Shown here piece by piece: positions 9,271-18,905 of a stretch of DNA of 64,000 nucleotides. The position numbers and the translations under genes were made by a program. Under the pieces are notes generated by a model that was given only the letters and a program-made list of their open reading frames with translations, made no database searches and was not told where the DNA came from. Source of the DNA: an uncultured delta proteobacterium (GTDB lineage Bacteria > Myxococcota_A > Polyangia > Fen-1088); the NCBI GenBank assembly GCA_963755125.1, contig CAVWIP010000013.1, positions 1-64,000 on the forward strand, given 5' to 3'. Every line of letters begins with the position of its first letter. The stretch's first letter is position 1.

Positions 9271-9887
9271 TGTCGCACCTCCTCGACCGCCGCACGCAGT
9301 GCCCGTCGCGCCTCGAACAGTCGCCGACCCAAGGTTCCCGGTCGGACGTCAAGTGCCGCGGCCGCGTCCGCGCCCGACATCTCCTCCAGATCGCACAGCA
9401 CGAAGGCGGACCGCAGGTCGAAGGGCAATTCCGCGAGAGCGGATGCAGCGATTTCCGCCATCTCGCGGCGCTCGGCTGCCTCGTCGGGCGTCCGGCCTGG
9501 CGTGGGTCCGAGGTCGCCCCACGCCCTGAGGAAGGACCGCTTCCGCACCTGGTCGCGGATGTGGTGACGCCCGACATTCGTGGCGATACCGAACAGCCAG
9601 GTCTTCACCGAGGAATTGCCGCGAAAGCGAGCGGCGGAGCGGAGGGCCTCAATGAAGGTAGTGTGGACCATGTCATCCACGTCTGAGGAGCCTGGGCCCA
9701 CGAGGCGCGATAGAAATCGGTGGACAGCATCGCAATGACGATCAAACAACTCGGCCATCGCTCCGGGGTCGCGCAAGGCACAGGCCGCCACCAGCACTTC
9801 GTCTGAGGTATCCGCCAGCCACACGGCCTTGTGCTGGAATGGGAGCAGTTTGCCTTCGTGCCTTCGGATCATCTTCTCACTCGGCAA
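9267..9887 (-). CDS. ECF RNA polymerase sigma-70 factor (start uncertain)
   Basis: Region 2 DVDDMVHTTF...FRGNSSVKTWLFGIATN; region 4 LPFDLRSAFVLCDLEEMS...GTLGRRLFEARR. Confidence 0.9.
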   Translation of the reverse strand: MPSEKMIRRHEGKLLPFQHKAVWLADTSDEVLVAACALRDPGAMAELFDRHCDAVHRFLSRLVGPGSSDVDDMVHTTFIEALRSAARFRGNSSVKTWLFGIATNVGRHHIRDQVRKRSFLRAWGDLGPTPGRTPDEAAERREMAEIAASALAELPFDLRSAFVLCDLEEMSGADAAAALDVRPGTLGRRLFEARRALRAAVEEVRQ

Positions 9888-10070
9888 CCAGGATTTCGAG
9901 TTCTACGCAGCGGCGACCACTTGGATGCGGGCGTCCCTTTACTTTACTGATCCATAGTGCCCGCGGCCCAGAATTTATTCGTTGCGAACGCGACCACTGA
10001 TACGAGGTGCGCAGAACCCATGACGGACAGCGTTGTGACAGGACCGACATGGCCGTCGGTGGAACAGGCG

Positions 10071-11042
10071 TCAAGGCATACGCCCGATGGGGCCGTAGCG
10101 GAAACCGAGTTCCGCCCGCAAGAATCCCAACGGTTCGCTCGGCAGATCGAAGCCATTCGAAGTGTTGTGCTTGCTGTGGGCGAACGGCAGGATGTCGGCC
10201 CCGAGACCTACGTCCACCGCTAGACCCCAGGCCAAGGGCCAGGCGAGAAGCATCTGGGTCTCCGCGCGTAGTCCAACCGTGGTCGCGTTGCCGTAGTTAC
10301 CGTCGAGTACGGCGCTAGTCGACAGCCAACTTGCTCCGAGACGAATGCCTGGGCCAAGGGTTCCGGCCCCGATGCGCAAGGGCAGATCGGCGGTAACAAG
10401 CGCGGCGGCGCTAAGGCGGGTCAACTCCCGCTGCTCCGGCGTCGGGCTGGTGTTTGAACTGCCGCAAGTCGTCGCGTATGACGCGCCGACGTTCCCTGTG
10501 ACGGCCGTGTCACCGGCGACTTGGACATCGAGCCCGACGCAAAACGGCCCGACTCGCACGCAAGCTCCCAGCGCTGCCCCCATCCAAAGAGAGCCATCGA
10601 TACCCAAAGAGGTCTCGCCAGCTACGGTTACGCTGACCGCGGGAGATGGTTGTGGCCGGGCTGGAATAGACGACCTGGTAACCAACGGCGCGTCTGCGGC
10701 GGCCGCGATGTCGTGTGGCTCCAGCAAGGGCCTCGCGAGGTCGTCGCGCATCCACGATTCCACCACGGCGGCGGCGATTTCGGGATTCGCAACGATGCGT
10801 TCGACTGCGTGGCCATTCCGGTTGAAGATGAATAGCCGGATTCCCGCCGGATCGGGCTGCACGTGGACTTGCAAGGTCTCCGGCGCTGCTGAAGACAACA
10901 CCCGGATTCCGCGATCGGCGAGACAGTGTTCCATTGCGGAAACGACCTCGCGGTCACCATCGAGCGCGACGGCGGTGCCCCGTTCCGCGGAAGCCGCAGA
11001 TGCCAACGCCGCGAGGAAATGCAAGATAACCATGGTGATCAC
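10071..11042 (-). CDS. Secreted / probable outer-membrane protein in the ECF cluster
   Basis: Signal peptide; C-terminal alternating beta-strands ending LRAELGFRYG. Confidence 0.6.
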   Translation of the reverse strand: MITMVILHFLAALASAASAERGTAVALDGDREVVSAMEHCLADRGIRVLSSAAPETLQVHVQPDPAGIRLFIFNRNGHAVERIVANPEIAAAVVESWMRDDLARPLLEPHDIAAAADAPLVTRSSIPARPQPSPAVSVTVAGETSLGIDGSLWMGAALGACVRVGPFCVGLDVQVAGDTAVTGNVGASYATTCGSSNTSPTPEQRELTRLSAAALVTADLPLRIGAGTLGPGIRLGASWLSTSAVLDGNYGNATTVGLRAETQMLLAWPLAWGLAVDVGLGADILPFAHSKHNTSNGFDLPSEPLGFLRAELGFRYGPIGRMP

Positions 11043-11416
11043 GGGATCAAGTCAACAACACACGACCGTTCTTCGCCGCAAAGACTCCATACGGACCGGG
11101 AAATTGCTGGGACTTCGCCCATCCTCGCCCAGGGGAGTGACCAGGACGGGCATTTGCGGGGGCAGAACAGCGGTCATCAGATATGCAGCCGATGCCGCCT
11201 TCGGCGTCGAATGAGGGTGCGCGCGTAACCAATGGAGTTCTCGACAGACAACGGCAACTAGCACGGGGGGGTTCGTGGGTCGTTGCGAGTTCTGTTCCAT
11301 GACGAGCCTTCGTGGGGGATTATAGATACAATCTCGTTTTTCCGGACGCCGGAAGCGAGCCGGATGTCGAGTGGGCCGTCAGCCCGCCCGTTGATTCCCT
11401 AACGCCCCGCCGCAAG

Positions 11417-13180
11417 CTACTGGATAACGATGCTTCCCAGATCATTCGAGTCGCTGATCGTGCAGTGGGATAGGTCGAAGATCATGAACTCGATGGCCTT
11501 CTCCTGGTTCAGGAGTTCGTGATCCAGGCAGTCGCTCGGGGAAGCGGAGGGCTTCGGGTCATAGTAAGGCGTGCCCGACTGACCGCTGGCCACGTGGACG
11601 TCCGTGTACGCGAACCGACCGCACTGGCTTTCCTCCGCCTGGTTAACCGGGGTGTTGAACGTGAAATAGTCGGCATACCCCGGGATGGAGATCCAGGTCG
11701 TGGCCGGAGGATCGATCGTGGCCGTGGCAGCGGGCTTCATCTCGCTTTCGATCGTGATGCTCCCCTGCGGGTCCGTGGTGGAGACAGCCGGCGACGGAGG
11801 TTGATAGGTTAGCCATTGGGCAAAAGCCGCGCCGCTCGGAAACGTGGTGTTGATCGCCCCCATGTTCGGAGAGCCGATGCCTCCCGAAGCGTCAATCTCG
11901 CCACTGGTCACGATCCAGTTAGCAACCTCTCCGAAAGGAGCGGAAGCCGTATAGTACGGTGCAACGGCGAGGTTCGTGCAATTGAAAGAGCAGAGCTGGC
12001 AATCGGACGCAGTAGCATCCGAGTTGCCCGTGCAGACCGTGGCCATGTCCGCAGTGCAGATGGGATCTTTCAAGCAGGACGCGCCAGCCTTGGTTGGGGC
12101 ATCCAGCTTCAGCGGTGGAAATGATGCCAACCAGGTCTGCTGGTAGTGCTCGGCGAAAATCTTACCGCCAGCGTTGGCGTAATCGACCATGGCCTGCTTC
12201 GAGGCGTCGGTGACGACGGTCTCCTTGTTGCTTAGCTCTGTCGATTGGCTGCCCTGGCATCCAAGCATGATGATGTCGTATTGGTTGAGATGATCGGCTG
12301 TGTCCCACAGGGTCGTTGAGGACGGCCAGGAGACTGTTCCGGTAAAGGATGCCGTATCGTCCTCGTACAGGTTGATCGCGCCTGTCCCCGTCGGACCACT
12401 CGTGAACTCGGAAGCAGCGATGCCCATGCGCGCAAACAAACACTGCAGCCGGTCTGCGTCGCCCACGCTGATCGCGATCCTGGGCAGGCTTCCCTGTCCG
12501 TTCTGTCCATTAGGACCGCGACTGCTTGGCAAGCTGGTCAGACTCTTGTCGATCTGGTTGTCCTGGCAGGCCGCGACTGCAATGGTGACCATGCGCCGCC
12601 ATTTTCCGATCTGGATGACCAGCGGGATATCGCTGCCGACCGGCACCGGGTTTCCCCCGGCCCAGTCCGTGCCCGTGGATGGATCGATACCGATCTTGAA
12701 GCTGCCGTCCGGGTCCGTCACCGCGTGGGCCTGAGGAACCGGCGGGCCGTCGTAGGTAAAATTGGTGCATGTCGTACACTGGACGCCGGTGAACGGCATG
12801 GGATCCACGACATGGCTGGGGTTCGACGGAATGTAGACCACCGCCCCGTAAATGGTTCGCTTCCCGGCGGGGTCGTAGACCTTGCCGCTGATGTACGTGT
12901 TCGACGCTTGGCCGTTACAGTCATGAGGGCACTCGCCCTTTGTGAACATGACTCCGTAGTTGGTCGCGTCGCAAGTCATGGGCGATCCGCTGCTGGTCGA
13001 AGCCCCACCGTCCGTGAGAGCCCCGATGATGATGCCGCTACCGTCGGTGCCGCTACCGCCGGTGCCGCCGCCGCTTGCTGCAACATTGGCCGGATTGCAG
13101 GCTCCACCTGCCAGAGGCGCGAAGAAGAGCAGGCAGACAAATAGGATCCTTGGCTTGGTCGTTGACGGTACGCATCTCAT
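11417..13180 (-). CDS. Paralog of the 5635 lipoprotein lacking the Cys-rich repeat array
   Basis: GGAGGAG RBS before ATG 13180; LAGGAC lipobox-like; shared motifs ISGKVYDPAG, IGKWRR, GDADRLQCLF, QCGRF, EKAIEFMIFDLS. Confidence 0.85.
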   Translation of the reverse strand: MRCVPSTTKPRILFVCLLFFAPLAGGACNPANVAASGGGTGGSGTDGSGIIIGALTDGGASTSSGSPMTCDATNYGVMFTKGECPHDCNGQASNTYISGKVYDPAGKRTIYGAVVYIPSNPSHVVDPMPFTGVQCTTCTNFTYDGPPVPQAHAVTDPDGSFKIGIDPSTGTDWAGGNPVPVGSDIPLVIQIGKWRRMVTIAVAACQDNQIDKSLTSLPSSRGPNGQNGQGSLPRIAISVGDADRLQCLFARMGIAASEFTSGPTGTGAINLYEDDTASFTGTVSWPSSTTLWDTADHLNQYDIIMLGCQGSQSTELSNKETVVTDASKQAMVDYANAGGKIFAEHYQQTWLASFPPLKLDAPTKAGASCLKDPICTADMATVCTGNSDATASDCQLCSFNCTNLAVAPYYTASAPFGEVANWIVTSGEIDASGGIGSPNMGAINTTFPSGAAFAQWLTYQPPSPAVSTTDPQGSITIESEMKPAATATIDPPATTWISIPGYADYFTFNTPVNQAEESQCGRFAYTDVHVASGQSGTPYYDPKPSASPSDCLDHELLNQEKAIEFMIFDLSHCTISDSNDLGSIVIQ

Positions 13181-13231
13181 GTTCTCCTCCGAGACGAGAC
13201 TCGCGTTTCGTGGGTTCGTGGTCCATTTGTG

Positions 13232-13268
13232 AGTGCCCGATGCCGTCACCTTTCTTCGCAAATTTCAC
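13232..13268 (-). promoter_or_regulatory. Conserved 37-bp upstream motif, copy 3
   Basis: Minus strand GTGAAATTTGCGAAGAAAGGTGACGGCATCGGGCACT, 51 nt upstream of ATG 13180. Confidence 0.6.
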
Positions 13269-13565
13269 GCTACGGGCCGCAGGTGGAGCGGATCTTCGAA
13301 AACTGGCGCTATCGTGAGACCATCTCCAGCCTAGTGCTGTGACGGCGACATACGCGGGCGCGTCCAACAAGCAGCGGCTGCTCTCGTTGCTGCTGCCGGT
13401 ACGCGCGCCCGTCAGAGCACGCAAGCCGAGGTCAAGCCCAAGCCCAAGGCCAAGCGGGTATCCCGGCGCCGCAAGCGCAAAAGGCGCTGAAAATCGGCCG
13501 TCTACCCGGCGCCGGCGACGAATTGCGCTGACGTCAGACAGGGCGTATGTATGAGGAGATTGCGT

Positions 13566-15008
13566 CTACGAACGCCGTCCCATCATCACGTCAGCCCGGC
13601 GCTCGTAGACCGAAAATGGACAGCCGCCATTCAACAGGCTGCGCCCGTGCTCTCCCACGTGCCGGGAATCGTCCACTGTCTCGGGTGTGTCCGGGAACTC
13701 CTCCTGCCATATCGGATCCATGACCTTCTTCAAGTTCACCGCGTATTCGTCCAGGCCGTCTGCCAAAATGCTCTTGATCTTCTCCGCCCCTTCTTGCGAC
13801 GGCGTGGGATGGAACTTCTCCAGCGCGTCGCGCAGGATTTGTGGCCGGTCGATGATGGGACAGGGCCGATAGATGTTCTTCACCTCGCGATTGCGCTGGC
13901 GAACGTACTTGAAGTAGTCGCTCGACAGGGCGGTCTTCAGCGACACGTCCTTGATGTTGTGAACGTGGAACTGATGGAACACGCAAGGCTCCACGCCCCC
14001 CTGCGCGTTGACGTGGAAATAGCGCCGCCCGGCTGACAGGCAACCGCCCACCAGAGGCCCGTCGCACCAGAAATCGGCGGCCACGATGGACTTGCTCGCG
14101 CGGATCTCCCGGATGCGGCGCAGGCGGTGCAGCCGCTGTTCGGGCGTGGGCATCAAGCTGAGGTCCGGATCGCGCCCCACCGGCATGTACGAGAAGTACC
14201 AGCCGACCATGCAACCGCGCTCTACGTAGAAGTCGATGAACTCGTCGGACACGATGAGTTCGTTGTTCAGACTGGTCGGTGTGCCGGAGAAGCCGAAGAT
14301 CACCCCCGCCTGCTTGAGCGCCGCCATGGCCGTCAAGATCCGGTTCCACACGCCCACGCCCCGACGGGCCGTGGTTTCCTTCTCAAAACCCTCCACGCTG
14401 ACACACGGGATCACGTTGCCCAGCTTGGCCAATCGGGGCGCCAACTGGCGCTCGGCAATCAAGGTCCCGTTGGTGTAGGTCATGAAGATCATGTCGCTGT
14501 GTCGTTCACACAGTTCCAAGAAATCCTCGCGCATGAACGGCTCGCCGCCGCTCACCACCACGAAGCGGATACCCAGATCCTTGGCTTCGCCATAGACCCG
14601 GTCCAAATCAGCCGTGTTGAGCGCGTCCTTGCGGTTGTAGTAGGCGGAATAGCAACCCGCGCACTTCAGGTTGCAGCGCATGGTCGGGCTGATGACCATG
14701 ATATGCGGGTAGTCGGTCAGCTCCTTCTTGTTGCGCTTGCGATAGGGCGTGCCCAGCAGGATCTGATCGCCGACTAAGTTGTGTACCAGGCGCGAGAGGC
14801 AGTTGGGGCTCAGCTCACGGCGGCGCCGTTTGACCTCACTGAGTAATTTGAACAGGAAATCCCCGGCCACTGGCTCGTTGAGATCCTTCTTGGACTTCTC
14901 GATGCGCCGCCGGAGCGCATCTTCGGGAACCAGGCCGAGTCCCTTGACGGCGGCACTGAGGGAGAGATGAACAAGTGCTTTCTTGGGATTCCAGTAGGCC
15001 ATTTCCAT
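13566..15008 (-). CDS. Radical SAM protein with SPASM/twitch-like C-terminus
   Basis: CNLKCAGC, SGGEP, YTNGTLI, GGCLSAG...VEPCVF...RPCPIID. Confidence 0.9.
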   Translation of the reverse strand: MEMAYWNPKKALVHLSLSAAVKGLGLVPEDALRRRIEKSKKDLNEPVAGDFLFKLLSEVKRRRRELSPNCLSRLVHNLVGDQILLGTPYRKRNKKELTDYPHIMVISPTMRCNLKCAGCYSAYYNRKDALNTADLDRVYGEAKDLGIRFVVVSGGEPFMREDFLELCERHSDMIFMTYTNGTLIAERQLAPRLAKLGNVIPCVSVEGFEKETTARRGVGVWNRILTAMAALKQAGVIFGFSGTPTSLNNELIVSDEFIDFYVERGCMVGWYFSYMPVGRDPDLSLMPTPEQRLHRLRRIREIRASKSIVAADFWCDGPLVGGCLSAGRRYFHVNAQGGVEPCVFHQFHVHNIKDVSLKTALSSDYFKYVRQRNREVKNIYRPCPIIDRPQILRDALEKFHPTPSQEGAEKIKSILADGLDEYAVNLKKVMDPIWQEEFPDTPETVDDSRHVGEHGRSLLNGGCPFSVYERRADVMMGRRS

Positions 15009-15055
15009 GACTCCTTTCTTCCATTACGCTCCTGTTGCATCAGCCAGTGCTGGAT

Positions 15056-15703
15056 TCAGTCATCACGCCCGCCCTTGCTGGTGGGGCGCGCGCGCACGAC
15101 GCCGCCGATTCCATGCAGGCAGATCTGAAGAGCCAGGTCGAAGCGGTGGCGCGCCGAGGTGCGGAAGTGGTCGCGCTCCGCGATAAGCCCCGCGCCGCGA
15201 ATGAGACCCGCGGTCATGCATGCGACTTCTTCGGAGTCTTTGCCGCCGAGGTCCTCGGGGCTCGTCGCATTCTTCTCGATCCATCTGGTTAGCCTCTTGA
15301 TGAAGGCATCCTCCCGCAACACAGCTCCCCCTCGTTTTCGCGCGGTCTCGCTGCGGCGAGTGGACTCGAACACGAGCCTGCGGGCCACGCCCCACCTATC
15401 GGACAATTCGGCAAGGCGTCTGAATAGAAACTCGAGCCGCTGGGGAAAGCTGAGGCCAACGGGAGGCTCGGTATCGAATGCATCGCGGATCTCTTCCACA
15501 ATGGAGGCGAAAAGTGCATCGACGATCTGCTGCTTCCCCTTGAAGTAGGCATAGAGAGAGGCCGCCGTGTAGCCCGCCTCCTTCGCGATATCGTGCACGG
15601 TGGCTCTCTCGAAACCCAGGCGCGCGAAGGCCCTCGCTGTCGCCCGCAAGATATCCTTCCGTGCGTGTTCGATCTCGCGCTGACGCCGAGCCGGACGAGC
15701 CAT
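15056..15703 (-). CDS. TetR/AcrR family transcriptional regulator
   Basis: GFERATVHDIAKEAGYTAASLYAYFKGK HTH; GGAG RBS before ATG 15703. Confidence 0.9.
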   Translation of the reverse strand: MARPARRQREIEHARKDILRATARAFARLGFERATVHDIAKEAGYTAASLYAYFKGKQQIVDALFASIVEEIRDAFDTEPPVGLSFPQRLEFLFRRLAELSDRWGVARRLVFESTRRSETARKRGGAVLREDAFIKRLTRWIEKNATSPEDLGGKDSEEVACMTAGLIRGAGLIAERDHFRTSARHRFDLALQICLHGIGGVVRARPTSKGGRDD

Positions 15704-15734
15704 GCAGCTATCTCCAATCGTGAATCCAGGCACA

Positions 15735-15772
15735 TTTATACTTTAACGTCTATTATAGTCAACCGTAATAGA
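15735..15772 (-). promoter_or_regulatory. Sigma70-like promoter with overlapping palindrome (probable TetR operator)
   Basis: TTGACT-N16-TATAAA on minus strand; TCTATTA-N10-TAATAGA at 15749-15772 straddles the -35. Confidence 0.6.
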
Positions 15773-16192
15773 TATTTACCGCGGTGCGCGGCGACGCGAC
15801 AGCGCCACATTGGTGGCCATCTGACTGAGGAGCGAGCAGCCGAAATGCGAAAACCTTGCGTCGCGCGTGTGCGGCCGCTCTGGTCGAGCCATCGCCACCG
15901 GAGACAAACGCCAGCATGCGCCATAGAGCTTGTCACGACCCAGCTACCAGATGCGTGCGGTAAGCACTTCCTACGCACGCCCGATCGAGTCTGCGCCAGA
16001 AACAACGTTGCGTGACCATCCATCCTGCGCGAAAGGAGGTGTGCTAGGTTCTTGGGTTCGATATGCCTGGAAATATGCCTGTTTCGTGGTGTAATCGGAT
16101 GCCATGTGCTGCTTGCCTATGGTTACAGGCTCTTGATTTCTCCACGGGTTTGACGTCGAAGACTGGTCGAAGGCCGTTGCTCGGAGGTACTG

Positions 16193-17605
16193 ATGCGCTT
16201 CATAAAACTAGCAATACTCTCGCTGTCGTGGCTGGCGCTCGGGTGCGACCTGTTTTCCAAGTCGGACAACAACAGCAACGGAGCGAATGCGCCCGTCATG
16301 TACGGGACCGGCGCTGGTGGTCCGGGAGGAATTGTCTCTGGGGGCGGAGCCGGCGCCAGCGGCACGAAAGCTGACGCCGCGGTCGGGGGCGCAAGCGGCA
16401 CGGCCGGGGGCGGTGTCCACGGCGACGGTGGACCCGATGCGACCAGCATGGGTGGTTCTGACGCCGGCAAGCCGCCAGCGGATGCGGATACTCACAACGG
16501 CGCGCAGCGCTGGATAACTTTCGGTCCCTACACCTTCGTCAAGTGCACCTGGTTCTCGGCCACTGATGGCTTCTGCAACCAGGCGCCCATCTCGATCACT
16601 GGCCTGGCAGATCTGCAGGTCTACATCTTCCAGACCACCGATGGGGGCAAGACCTGGGGACTGGTGTCCGCGATCGATACGGGAACCGGCGCCTCCGACG
16701 CCAGCATCAATGTCTACGTCATGTCGCCCAGTGATATGTGGTTCATTTCCGGCTCGGTCGGCATGGGGTCGGGGAGCATCGGGCACTCCATCGATGGCGG
16801 GAAGACCTGGACCTCGCTCACCAGCACCGTGAACGCGGCTCTCGGCACGGCTGCGCTCGGCGACGGCGGGGTGGCCAGCGTTCCGCTGTGGCAGCTTGCC
16901 ATCGTGGGGGGAAGGGTCTGGCTCCTGCCCCAAGGGGAAGACCTGGTCGTCTCGCAAGACGGCGGGGTGACCTGGAAGAAAGTCGCTTTTCCTACTCTTC
17001 CTGCCGGTTTCGCCGCGGCTTCGACTCGCAGTCTGATCGCGACCCAGAACAACCTGCTGCTGAGTTTCCTCGCGACCGACAATTCGCTGGGCCTGTACCG
17101 CTGGAACGGCTCCACCTTCGGCGCGGTGGAGGGTGCCTTTCCGCCCTCCTCGGCCGCCGACCAGACCGGTACCTGGTGGCGGTCTTCGCCCATCGTGGAG
17201 GGGGTGCTGTTCGTCAACCGCGGGCCCCTGCCCGCCTGGGACTGGCCCTTCTGGGTGTACGCGACCACGGACGGCGGCATGACCTTCCAACAGCTTCTGG
17301 GTGGGAACATCGCGACCAGCAGCAGTGTTGTCGGACTGAGCGATGGCCTCGCCTTTGCCTCCCTAGGATCGATCACGGCCTATGTGTGTGGAGTCTTCTC
17401 GGACGCCACCGGCAACTATCTGGAGATCCATCGGACCCAAGACGCGGGCATGACTTGGTCAACCCTGCACAGCGAGCCCTACCAGGGCGACTACGCTTAC
17501 GCTTCCGTTGCCGTGGATCAAACCGGCGCGGCCCACGCCATGCGCTACACCACCGATAGTTCCGGCTCGCTGGTCGGCTACGACGCGCACTACGTGCTGC
17601 AATAG
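16193..17605 (+). CDS. Lipoprotein with Asp-box (BNR) repeats, sialidase-like beta-propeller
   Basis: LALGC lipobox; TTDGGKTW, SIDGGKTW, SQDGGVTW, TTDGGMTF, TQDAGMTW. Confidence 0.8.
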   Translation: MRFIKLAILSLSWLALGCDLFSKSDNNSNGANAPVMYGTGAGGPGGIVSGGGAGASGTKADAAVGGASGTAGGGVHGDGGPDATSMGGSDAGKPPADADTHNGAQRWITFGPYTFVKCTWFSATDGFCNQAPISITGLADLQVYIFQTTDGGKTWGLVSAIDTGTGASDASINVYVMSPSDMWFISGSVGMGSGSIGHSIDGGKTWTSLTSTVNAALGTAALGDGGVASVPLWQLAIVGGRVWLLPQGEDLVVSQDGGVTWKKVAFPTLPAGFAAASTRSLIATQNNLLLSFLATDNSLGLYRWNGSTFGAVEGAFPPSSAADQTGTWWRSSPIVEGVLFVNRGPLPAWDWPFWVYATTDGGMTFQQLLGGNIATSSSVVGLSDGLAFASLGSITAYVCGVFSDATGNYLEIHRTQDAGMTWSTLHSEPYQGDYAYASVAVDQTGAAHAMRYTTDSSGSLVGYDAHYVLQ

Positions 17606-17610
17606 CGCCG

Positions 17611-18777
17611 TCAGGTACAGCTACTCTCAGCGCACGGCTGACAGCCGTAGCGCACCTGGATGGTGTGATAGCGAAAGTGTTCGATCTGCTCGCAGTACTC
17701 GCCGAAGATGCGGATGTGTTGCGTATCACCGGCGTCGGCGGCCGGGTCGAAATCCCACCCGTCCTCCTGGTTCCGCGGTATCTGCTCTCCGTCCAAATAC
17801 ACGGACACCAGATCGGGCGACAGGGGTGGGGAGTTCAGCTCGATCAAGCAGGGGGTCTGCTCGCCGGCGCCGAAGATCTTCTCGATGGTCGTTTGCAGAT
17901 CGTCAGGATCGGACGCCGAGTAGTACGGCATGCCGCCCGCCTGGGCCATTTGCTCCAGGCACTGTGGCGGCCCTTCTGGATCGTCACCCGGGTCGGCTCC
18001 CACTGCCAGCACCACGACCTTGATTCGGTCGCTGGCCAGAGCCTGCACCTGCGCAAGCGCGTCCTGGCACGCCTCGGAAAGGCCGGCATCGGCGTCGGCA
18101 GGCTGGTTCGACGACAGCGCACCCGAGAGCGTGCAGCTCGGCAGACCATCAGTGGCCAGCAGCACATAGCGGTTGGCGACGCCGTCGGCGAGTCCCGCGT
18201 AGTATTCGCGGGCTCGCTGCAGTGCCATGGCAGTCGGGGCATTGCCAGCCAGAGGCAACACGTTCGTCAGGGCTTGCTGCACCGCCGCGCCATTGTCTGG
18301 CGCAATCTCTGCCAAAGGAGGCCCGGCGCAACACCCGGTAACGACCTGGCCAGGGCACAGCGAATCGGCTCCGGGGAATTGCGCAAAGCCGAAGCGAATC
18401 CACGACTGGTAGGCGTCCACCAGATTCGAGAGCACTCCGGCCAGAACGCTGTAGCGCGTGCCCTGATCGAGGGCGATGCCCATGGATTCCGACCCATCAA
18501 ACACGATGAGCATGTCGGTTTGGATGGGGTTCACATCCACGACCACGGGGTCCGTGCAGCCGAGTACCGCCGGACTGTCCTGGCCACCGGTCTTCGCGTC
18601 GCCCACGCTGCCGATCGCGCCGTCCCCCCGCACTCTGCCACCGGCCTGCGTGCAGGCCGCAGCCGTGCCCAGCAAGAGGACTGAGAGGACGAATCGCACC
18701 CGCACGGCGACCGATTCTAGCAGCTTCGCGCCAGCCGCCCACAAGTTGGACTTTTCCTGGGAATGATTGCGGGCCAA
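17611..18777 (-). CDS. VWA-domain putative lipoprotein (start uncertain)
   Basis: MIDAS MLIVFDGSESM, APT, LLATDGLPSC; TAAAC lipobox-like. Confidence 0.8.
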   Translation of the reverse strand: MARNHSQEKSNLWAAGAKLLESVAVRVRFVLSVLLLGTAAACTQAGGRVRGDGAIGSVGDAKTGGQDSPAVLGCTDPVVVDVNPIQTDMLIVFDGSESMGIALDQGTRYSVLAGVLSNLVDAYQSWIRFGFAQFPGADSLCPGQVVTGCCAGPPLAEIAPDNGAAVQQALTNVLPLAGNAPTAMALQRAREYYAGLADGVANRYVLLATDGLPSCTLSGALSSNQPADADAGLSEACQDALAQVQALASDRIKVVVLAVGADPGDDPEGPPQCLEQMAQAGGMPYYSASDPDDLQTTIEKIFGAGEQTPCLIELNSPPLSPDLVSVYLDGEQIPRNQEDGWDFDPAADAGDTQHIRIFGEYCEQIEHFRYHTIQVRYGCQPCAESSCT

Positions 18778-18905
18778 GCGCGGTTGAAGAGCGCATGTCG
18801 CGCCACGACCTTAACTCTCGACCTCTTCTTTGGCCTTGTGTCAGTGAACCCGCCCATTTCTTGTTGCAGCCGCGCGCCTGCCCTGTGTACTTGTAGGGCT
18901 TCATC

